NCBI GenBank assembly: GCA_016196885.1
Contig: JACPWU010000022.1
Coordinates: 8,763-40,762 of the forward strand
Origin: Chlamydiota bacterium
GTDB taxonomy: Bacteria; Auribacterota; JACPWU01
DNA length: 32,000 nt
Reading direction: 5' to 3'
Shown here: positions 25,799-32,000 of the stretch, piece by piece
How positions within the stretch are numbered: position 1 is the first letter of the stretch
How the letters are laid out: every line of letters starts with the position of its first letter
The notes under the pieces: model-generated
What the model was told of the DNA's origin: nothing
What the model saw: only the letters and a program-made list of their open reading frames with translations
Databases searched by the model: none
Program-made: the position numbers and the translations under genes

Positions 25799-25827
25799 AT
25801 ATTAATATATGCAAAATGAATATTCAA
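25799..25827 (-). promoter_or_regulatory. Candidate promoter for the 24596-25792 ATPase (leaderless)
   Basis: Minus strand: TTGAAT, 17-nt spacer, TAATAT, then 6 nt (AACACT) and the ATG. Confidence 0.35.
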
Positions 25828-25855
25828 TAGTTATATTGCATAAGCAGATATTTCC

Positions 25856-26776
25856 TTATTTCTTCTTCTCTTTAAAAATCAACGAAGCCGCGACGGATAC
25901 AGTTAAGACCAGCGCAATCAAGGCAAGCGTAAAGCCTGTTGGAATTTCAAAAATGCGGGAGATCATTAATTTAATCCCGACAAAGGTCAAAATCACACAA
26001 ATCCCGATTTTCAAGAATCTAAAAAGATCCATGACCCCCGCCAGCATGAAATAAAGCGCCCTTAAGCCTAAAATGGCAAAAATATTAGAGCTGTATACGA
26101 TAAAAAGATCTCGTGAAATTCCAATCACAGCGGGAACAGAATCGAGCGCAAAAATTAAGTCACTGGTTTCAATTAAAATAAGAACAATAAAAAGGGGTGT
26201 TGCAAACCATTTTCCATTTTCCTTGATGAAAAACTTTTGATCTGGAGATTGTGTGCTTACAGGCATAAACAATCGAAAGAAACGCACCGCCCAATTTCGA
26301 TCGGGCTCAAATTCACTTTCTTCATCGAACAAGATTTTTAGCGCTGCAAAAATCAGAAGCCCCCCAAACACATAAATCATCCAGTGAAAAAGATTGAACA
26401 GGGTAACTCCGGTCGCGACAAAAAAAGCTCGCATCACTACAGCGCCCAGAATGCCCCATTTCAAAACGCGGGGCTGATGAAGGGATTTCACCCGAAAATG
26501 AGAAAAGATCATCACGAAGACAAAAAGATTATCAACCGAGAGGGATTCTTCGACCACATAACCGGTTAGAAATTCAAGGGCCTTCCCTGAACCTTTGAGG
26601 TAAAAAACAACCCCATCAAAAACCAGGGCGAGCGCCACCCAGATCAAAACCCAAAAACCTGCTTCTCGAATCGAGATCTCGCTGTCACGGCGATTGGCAA
26701 TGAACAAATCTATGCTCAAGGCTGCGCACACAAGAAAGCCAAAAAGGGCCCAAAGAAAAAGATCTACTTGAAACAC
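25856..26776 (-). CDS. TerC-family integral membrane protein
   Basis: EESLSVDNLFVFVMIF and ETSDLIFALDSVPAV motifs; polytopic. Confidence 0.85.
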   Translation of the reverse strand: MFQVDLFLWALFGFLVCAALSIDLFIANRRDSEISIREAGFWVLIWVALALVFDGVVFYLKGSGKALEFLTGYVVEESLSVDNLFVFVMIFSHFRVKSLHQPRVLKWGILGAVVMRAFFVATGVTLFNLFHWMIYVFGGLLIFAALKILFDEESEFEPDRNWAVRFFRLFMPVSTQSPDQKFFIKENGKWFATPLFIVLILIETSDLIFALDSVPAVIGISRDLFIVYSSNIFAILGLRALYFMLAGVMDLFRFLKIGICVILTFVGIKLMISRIFEIPTGFTLALIALVLTVSVAASLIFKEKKK

Positions 26777-26990
26777 ATCATACCTCTTTACGAAACAATC
26801 CCCTGAGCCACAGGAACTGCCGTAGCCGCAAGAACCCCATAGCCTTCCAAGACATGGATCAAAGGAAGCGCTGCCTCAGGGATTTGGAAACCAACTCATT
26901 ATATAAGACATCCTGACCTAAACCCAGCAATTTCAATTGAATTTATAAGAGGGTCATAGGATAATCTTCTCATTATGAAAATATCAATTT

Positions 26991-27115
26991 CAATGATCTT
27001 TCGAGATCATCGTGTGCGATGAAAGTTCTCCCCATCATGCTTTTTTTGTAGTCGCCCGATTCATCGGGCAATCCATGCAAGGGGCACACGGCAGCCCCAT
27101 AAATGGGGCGACTAC
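26991..27115. repeat. REP-like element copy C: conserved flank (26991-27047) plus flipped core with a 23-nt insertion (27048-27115)
   Basis: Same flank orientation as copy A, but the core reads GTAGTCGCC CGATTCATCGGGCA [ATCCATGCAAGGGGCACACGGCA] GCCCCATAAATGG GGCGACTAC. It ends 3 nt before the ATG at 27119. Confidence 0.85.
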
Positions 27116-27118
27116 ATA

Positions 27119-27919
27119 ATGAACCTCACTTTCATAGCAAAAATTATTTATATTTTTTTAATTGTCTCATCTCTATCCATTCAAGGATGCGGAAAGAAAG
27201 AAAATGAAAATTCTTCTTCACAAACTCCCACATCCCAAAATAACAAGCCTACTCTTTCCATAGATCCCCAAAAAACGGGAACGATTTCAGGAAAAGTTTT
27301 ATTCAAGGGACAAGCCCTCCAGCCTAAAGAACTTCCCATGGGCGGCAATCCCGAATGCAGCACTTTTCATCAAGGGAAGGCCTATAGCGAAGAGCTTTTG
27401 GTCAAAGACGGCGCCCTGCAAAATGTGTTTATTTACATTAAAGAAGGTCTTGAACAATATTCCTTCACGCCCCCTCAGGAACCTGTAAAATTAAATCAAG
27501 CGAAATGCCTCTATTCACCGCACGTGGTTGGAGTTCAGGTCAACCAACCTTTTATCTTGGTGAACAGCGATCCTACCCTTCACAATGTTCACTCCTATTC
27601 TCAAGCGAATGAAACCTGGAATGTAGGCATGCCCTTTGAGGGGATGGAAGTGACAAAAACCTTTTCAAAATCTGAAATCATGATTACCTTAAAATGTGAC
27701 CTACACCCCTGGATGATAGGCTACGTGGTAGTTCTCAACCATCCTTATTTTGCAGTCACGGATGCCCAAGGACATTTTGAAATTAAAAATCTACCTCCTG
27801 GAAAATACGTGATAGAAGCCTGGCATGAAAAGCTGGGAACTCAAGATCAAACCATTGAAATCAATGCCCAAGAAACAAAAGAACTCGAATTTTCATTCGA
27901 GTTCTCGTCTAAAAAATAA
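27119..27919 (+). CDS. Secreted/lipoprotein-like cupredoxin-type protein with C-terminal carboxypeptidase-regulatory-like beta-sandwich
   Basis: Signal peptide ending LSIQGC. Type-1 copper-like ligand pattern HNVH ... CDLHPWM (compare amicyanin C-x-x-H-x-x-M). GHFEIKNLPPGKYVIEAWHEKLG is typical of CarbopepD_reg-like domains. Confidence 0.55.
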   Translation: MNLTFIAKIIYIFLIVSSLSIQGCGKKENENSSSQTPTSQNNKPTLSIDPQKTGTISGKVLFKGQALQPKELPMGGNPECSTFHQGKAYSEELLVKDGALQNVFIYIKEGLEQYSFTPPQEPVKLNQAKCLYSPHVVGVQVNQPFILVNSDPTLHNVHSYSQANETWNVGMPFEGMEVTKTFSKSEIMITLKCDLHPWMIGYVVVLNHPYFAVTDAQGHFEIKNLPPGKYVIEAWHEKLGTQDQTIEINAQETKELEFSFEFSSKK

Positions 27920-27934
27920 AGCTTTTCCTCAAAA

Positions 27935-28555
27935 CTAGAAGTCTGCCCCTGCTTTGTTAGAAACCTTAATCAAATGCCACGCAATCGCAACACCGACTGC
28001 GAGAACAATGGGCAAATACCAAATCTTAAATTCAGGGAAATGGCCTGCCGCCCCCATTCCAAAAAGCATGGGAATGGAAAGATACGTATTGGTTCGAGAA
28101 GCCAAATAGGCTCGCTTCACAAGCCCCGCCATTTCAGCTGGAGCCTGACCCGCTTTGATCCAAGAAATGATTTTCTTTTGAGCGGGCCAAATGATAAACC
28201 AAACGTTAAACCACATAATGGTTCCTAAAAGTCCGCCGAAAGAAATCCATTTTCCCCAAGTAGAGGTGAAAAGTCCACCGACTCCCATTAAACCCCCATT
28301 GCTGCCAATAAAAATCTTCCAAACGATATAGAGAACACCCGAGAGAAAAGTGAACATGGCACCCCACCTGAACCAGAAAAGGGCTCGAGGCGCAAGCTGA
28401 GGAACCACCTTTTTCTTTGTATCGGCGTCCATCGTCTTCGCGAAAGGAACATTCACAAAATTAAAAAAGTACAAATGACCGATCCAGGTAATTCCAGCGA
28501 TAAAATGAATCCATCGCAAAAGGAATAAAACATGAATATGCGCTTCGGCTGACAT
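27935..28555 (-). CDS. Polytopic membrane protein with urate-hydroxylase (PuuD) N-terminal-like motif
   Basis: LRWIHFIAGITWIGHLYFFNFV resembles the RW.H...G..WIG...YF signature. Start moved to MSAEAHI (28555), which is preceded by GGGGGGAG. Confidence 0.45.
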   Translation of the reverse strand: MSAEAHIHVLFLLRWIHFIAGITWIGHLYFFNFVNVPFAKTMDADTKKKVVPQLAPRALFWFRWGAMFTFLSGVLYIVWKIFIGSNGGLMGVGGLFTSTWGKWISFGGLLGTIMWFNVWFIIWPAQKKIISWIKAGQAPAEMAGLVKRAYLASRTNTYLSIPMLFGMGAAGHFPEFKIWYLPIVLAVGVAIAWHLIKVSNKAGADF

Positions 28556-28726
28556 ATTTCTCCCCCCTTTGAATAAAATGGAATGAATAGAGCCAAATTT
28601 TCTCACAACTTATACGAAAATCAACCATTATTCTTGCATCCGATTTATATTTACTATGATTTGAAATATCGTATTATTTTAAATTATGTTTAGAAGAATA
28701 TTCTCCTTACCTAAAACCAAAAGCTT

Positions 28727-29026
28727 TTAATCATAGGCGTTTTCCACCGAACGACAGAAACTCACCAACCTTCTCTGAAGGGCATTGTATTGTGAGTATG
28801 CATCTGACGTCGTCTTTTCCAAAAGCTTGTAAAGTTCGTGATGGGGAGGACTGGATTCTCTGTCTATCAAAGCATTTGGAATATCTATTCCCAAAAAACG
28901 CAATCGGGGAGCAGCCATGAATACCAATAAGGCATGAGTCGTATGGGGGTGCCCTTGTGAAATGTCTTCTAGCCCCCGATTGACCAATTCCCAACCCGGA
29001 ACATTTTCAAAATCATGGTTTCTCAT
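28727..29026 (-). CDS. Small hypothetical protein, partner of the upstream nucleotidyltransferase
   Basis: Likely start MRNHDFENVPGW (29026), overlapping the upstream gene end by 14 nt. Predicted helical. Contains RESSPPH (an R-x5-H spacing). Confidence 0.45.
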   Translation of the reverse strand: MRNHDFENVPGWELVNRGLEDISQGHPHTTHALLVFMAAPRLRFLGIDIPNALIDRESSPPHHELYKLLEKTTSDAYSQYNALQRRLVSFCRSVENAYD

Positions 29027-29546
29027 GAATTGAACTCCTAAACTGGTCAAGTTTCTCTTTCAACTTTTGGGGTTCAATCCCAGGATATCTAATCAACTGA
29101 GGCTGTATCTGGTTAAAAAGATCCATCAGTTTATCCATATCTACGGAGTGACCCACGAAATGTTCTGCATCCTTCAAATCCATTTCCCACCCGCGTTCAA
29201 CTTTTGCCAGAACCTGGCTGTACAAGTCATAGTGATAAAAAGATACCTTGCCTACTCTTTTAATAAAAACACTGCGCGATTCCCAACCAGGCAAAGGAGG
29301 AAGAAAATGATCAGGAGAGGCAAGCTCGATGTTAATATGCAACTTTTCTTTTAGATCCCGAATGGCTTTGTATACTTCATCCGTGTCCGGTTCAAACTTT
29401 AAATCTGCATCGATCGTACTGGACCGAAAACCCAGTAGGACTGCTGTTGTTCCACCGACAAAGTAGACATTCGTATCTTGAGAGATTTTCTCTCCAAAGA
29501 CCCTCATCAATTTATCAATTTTATTTTGATCAGAGATCTCACGCAT
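29013..29546 (-). CDS. Nucleotidyltransferase-fold protein (minimal NTase / AbiEii N-terminal-like)
   Basis: VYFVGGTTAVLLGFRSSTIDADLKF shows the GG.A....G..R.T.D.D pattern. Confidence 0.6.
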   Translation of the reverse strand: MREISDQNKIDKLMRVFGEKISQDTNVYFVGGTTAVLLGFRSSTIDADLKFEPDTDEVYKAIRDLKEKLHINIELASPDHFLPPLPGWESRSVFIKRVGKVSFYHYDLYSQVLAKVERGWEMDLKDAEHFVGHSVDMDKLMDLFNQIQPQLIRYPGIEPQKLKEKLDQFRSSIHEKP

Positions 29547-29654
29547 ACAGGGTCCTATGGGCTTATTGAAAATAATTGTACCATGTTCGCACTGTTATTG
29601 AATTCAAATTCCAAGCGTGCTATTCTTCTCGAATGATTGAGGAGAATTTTATTT

Positions 29655-31937
29655 ATGGAAAATGCCTTCGCCCCTGAAAATTTTTACAAAAATTTTGTTT
29701 CAAAAGTGGATGTTGCAAGAAAAAAATTTAAACGGCCTTTGACCTTGGCCGAAAAAATCTTGGCCGCTCATGCAACGGATTTGAATCATCAGGAATTTAA
29801 ACGTGGGGAAAGCTATCTTGTTCTCGCCCCTGATCGTGTGGCCATGCAGGATGCCACGGCCCAAATGGCCATTTTGCAATTCATGTTGGCAGGTCGAAAA
29901 ACAGTGGCCTCTCCCACCACCGTTCATTGCGATCATCTGATTCAAGCCCGAATAGGGGCTGCTCAAGATATGCAGCAAGCACTCAAAGTCAATGAAGAGG
30001 TTTATGATTTTTTGAGAAGCGCCTCTCAAAAATATGGCATCGGTTTTTGGAATCCGGGCGCGGGGATCATTCATCAAGTGATTTTTGAAAATTATGCCAT
30101 GCCCGGGCTCCTTATGATCGGGACAGACTCTCACACCCCCAATGGCGGTGGAGTGGCCATGCTTGCAATTGGGGTGGGAGGTTCAGACGCAGCAGATGTC
30201 ATGTCAGGTCTTCCTTGGGAAGTGAAATGCCCCAAACTCATCGGCGTTCATTTAAAAGGAACTCTCAATGGCTGGACTGCCTCTAAAGATGTGATTCTAA
30301 AACTTTGCGGGATTCTGACCACCAGCGGCGGAACAGACAAAATCATTGAATATTTTGGACCTGGGACGCGCTCTATCAGCGCCACAGGTAAAGGGACCAT
30401 CACCAATATGGGAGCTGAACTCGGAGCCACCACTTCCATTTTCCCTTACGATGAAAGAATCGAGACTTACTTAAAGGCAACACGCCGCGGAGAAATTGTC
30501 ACAGCACTAGAACCTTTTCAAAAAGAGCTTCAGGCCGATCCCGAAATCGAAAAAAATCCCAAAGATTTTTTTGATGAAATTGTCGAAATTGATTTATCTA
30601 CTTTAGAACCTTATGTGGTCGGCCCTCATTCCCCTGACGTAGCAAGACCCATTTCACAAATGGCCAAAGAGGTGGAGGAGAAGAAATATCCAAGCCATCT
30701 CTCAGCCGCTCTGATCGGGAGCTGCACCAATTCTTCTTATGAAGACATTGGACGCGCCGCCGCCGTTGCAGCCGAAGCCAAATCTCTCGGACTCAAGGCA
30801 AAATCTTATTTTCTCATCACGCCCGGCTCATACCAAATTCACAACACCATTCAAAGAGATGGACAGTTGAAAACGCTCACAGAAATGGGCGGAACTGTTT
30901 TGGCAAATGCCTGCGGCCCTTGCATTGGACAATGGAAACGTGATGACATTAAACCGGGCACAGCCAATTCTATTATTACCTCCTTCAATCGAAATTTTCC
31001 AAAGCGCAATGATGGTAACGCAGAGACACTGGCCTTTATTGGGAGCCCAGAGCTTGTGACTGCCATGGCACTGGCCGGCGATTTACGCTTCAATCCTCTC
31101 AAGGATACTTTAACAGCGCCTAATGGGCAAAAAGTGAAACTGACGCCCCCGTCGGCCCCTGAACTTCCTTCAAAAGGATTTGTCGAGGGAGAACAGGGAT
31201 TTATTGCTCCCATTCCAGAATCAGAAAGAGCAAAAATTGAGATTGAAGTTGCTCCCCAAAGTGAGCGCCTGGAACTTTTGAAACCTTTTGAAAAATGGGA
31301 CGGCCGAGATTTTGAAAAACTTGTCATTCTCATCAAAGCCAAAGGACAATGCACCACAGACCATATTTCTCCCGCAGGTCCCTGGCTCAAATACCGAGGG
31401 CACTTGGACAAAATTAGCGACAACATGTTTTCGGGGGCCATTAATTCTTTCAATGGAGAAACGGGCATTGGGAAAGACATTTTAGATGGGCAAATCAAGA
31501 ATTTTTCTGCCATCGCTCGGCATTATCAAGCCAATCACTTAGGCTGGGTGGCTATCGGCGACCAAAATTATGGAGAGGGCTCAAGTCGTGAGCATGCAGC
31601 CATGTCTCCCCGACTTCTCGGCTGCAAAGCCGTCATCGCCAAAAGCTTTGCCCGTCTGCATGAGACCAATCTTAAAAAGCAAGGGATTCTCCCTTTTAAA
31701 TTTTCTAGCTTAACAGACTATGATCGAATCAAAGAAGATGATAGGATCAGTTTGAAAGATTTAGCAAAATTGACTCCAGGAAAATTTGTGACAGCAACCC
31801 TCCATCGTGCAGACGGAAAAACCGAAACGCTTGAACTCCAGCATTCATTGACTCCAGACCAAATTGAATGGTTTAAAGCGGGCTCGGCACTAAACTTGAT
31901 TCGTTCAAAAGAAAAAGAAATTAAAAGTGAAAAGTGA
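29655..31937 (+). CDS. Aconitate hydratase, ~760-aa mitochondrial-like type
   Basis: DRVAMQDATAQMA, GTDSHTPNGGG, Fe-S ligands IGSCTNSS and NACGPCIGQW, swivel domain GDQNYGEGSSREHAA. Start at MENAFAP (29655) after GAGGAG. Confidence 0.9.
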   Translation: MENAFAPENFYKNFVSKVDVARKKFKRPLTLAEKILAAHATDLNHQEFKRGESYLVLAPDRVAMQDATAQMAILQFMLAGRKTVASPTTVHCDHLIQARIGAAQDMQQALKVNEEVYDFLRSASQKYGIGFWNPGAGIIHQVIFENYAMPGLLMIGTDSHTPNGGGVAMLAIGVGGSDAADVMSGLPWEVKCPKLIGVHLKGTLNGWTASKDVILKLCGILTTSGGTDKIIEYFGPGTRSISATGKGTITNMGAELGATTSIFPYDERIETYLKATRRGEIVTALEPFQKELQADPEIEKNPKDFFDEIVEIDLSTLEPYVVGPHSPDVARPISQMAKEVEEKKYPSHLSAALIGSCTNSSYEDIGRAAAVAAEAKSLGLKAKSYFLITPGSYQIHNTIQRDGQLKTLTEMGGTVLANACGPCIGQWKRDDIKPGTANSIITSFNRNFPKRNDGNAETLAFIGSPELVTAMALAGDLRFNPLKDTLTAPNGQKVKLTPPSAPELPSKGFVEGEQGFIAPIPESERAKIEIEVAPQSERLELLKPFEKWDGRDFEKLVILIKAKGQCTTDHISPAGPWLKYRGHLDKISDNMFSGAINSFNGETGIGKDILDGQIKNFSAIARHYQANHLGWVAIGDQNYGEGSSREHAAMSPRLLGCKAVIAKSFARLHETNLKKQGILPFKFSSLTDYDRIKEDDRISLKDLAKLTPGKFVTATLHRADGKTETLELQHSLTPDQIEWFKAGSALNLIRSKEKEIKSEK

Positions 31938-31976
31938 AAAATTAAAAGTTACAATCGAGCATCGAGAATCAACATA
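31921..31976. repeat. Heptamer array H8
   Basis: TTAAAAG TGAAAAG TGAAAAA TTAAAAG TTACAAT CGAGCAT CGAGAAT CAACATA. The aconitase TGA stop (31935-31937) begins the third unit. Confidence 0.7.
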
Positions 31977-31993
31977 TTTTTAAGGAGACTAAC

Positions 31994-32000
31994 ATGATTA
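31994..32000 (+). CDS. Start of a CDS running off the window end
   Basis: AAGGAG (31982-31987), 6 nt, then ATG at 31994. Only 7 nt are visible. Confidence 0.3.

Noticed and set aside
24546-25855. tRNA-Val-linked integrated island with att direct repeat
   Set aside because: By eye I found no second copy of the tRNA 3' end (TTCGAGCCCTCTATCGCCCA) downstream, and no integrase is present. Only the weaker accessory-gene observation is kept.
4062-31976. Heptamer arrays as CRISPR arrays or coding heptad repeats
   Set aside because: Units are contiguous with no spacers and are far shorter than CRISPR repeats. A period of 7 nt cannot encode a periodic peptide, and the arrays lie outside the conserved parts of ORFs.

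Overview
The window reads as chromosomal DNA from an AT-leaning Gram-negative bacterium; I cannot assign a lineage. Most of it is housekeeping: dgt-like HD hydrolase, der, pgsA, gltX, a fused indolepyruvate:ferredoxin oxidoreductase, nadK, an Lrp/AsnC regulator with an aminotransferase, crcB with DUF190, a TerC-family protein, mitochondrial-type aconitase and tRNA-Val(TAC). A cobalamin riboswitch with its own terminator precedes a cobS-like / TonB-dependent receptor / tonB operon. Small accessory modules are interspersed: an RHH / small protein / AbiEii-like nucleotidyltransferase cassette interrupted by an A16 tract, a second nucleotidyltransferase plus small-partner pair, and three orphan AAA+ ATPases (two DUF4143 type, one DUF234 type), two of which flank the tRNA. 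The most unusual signals are non-coding. (1) Eight cistron boundaries carry tandem arrays with a strict 7-nt period. Each locus has its own heptamer, several arrays contain the stop codon, and three fold into long hairpins. (2) A 45-nt compound palindrome (outer stem plus two inner hairpins, T-shaped) occurs three times, in both flip and flop orientation relative to the same conserved flank. The supplied ORF track omits a roughly 340-codon minus-strand ORF that runs off the left edge (1..1021). Functional calls rest on motifs I recognise by eye. No searches were run.
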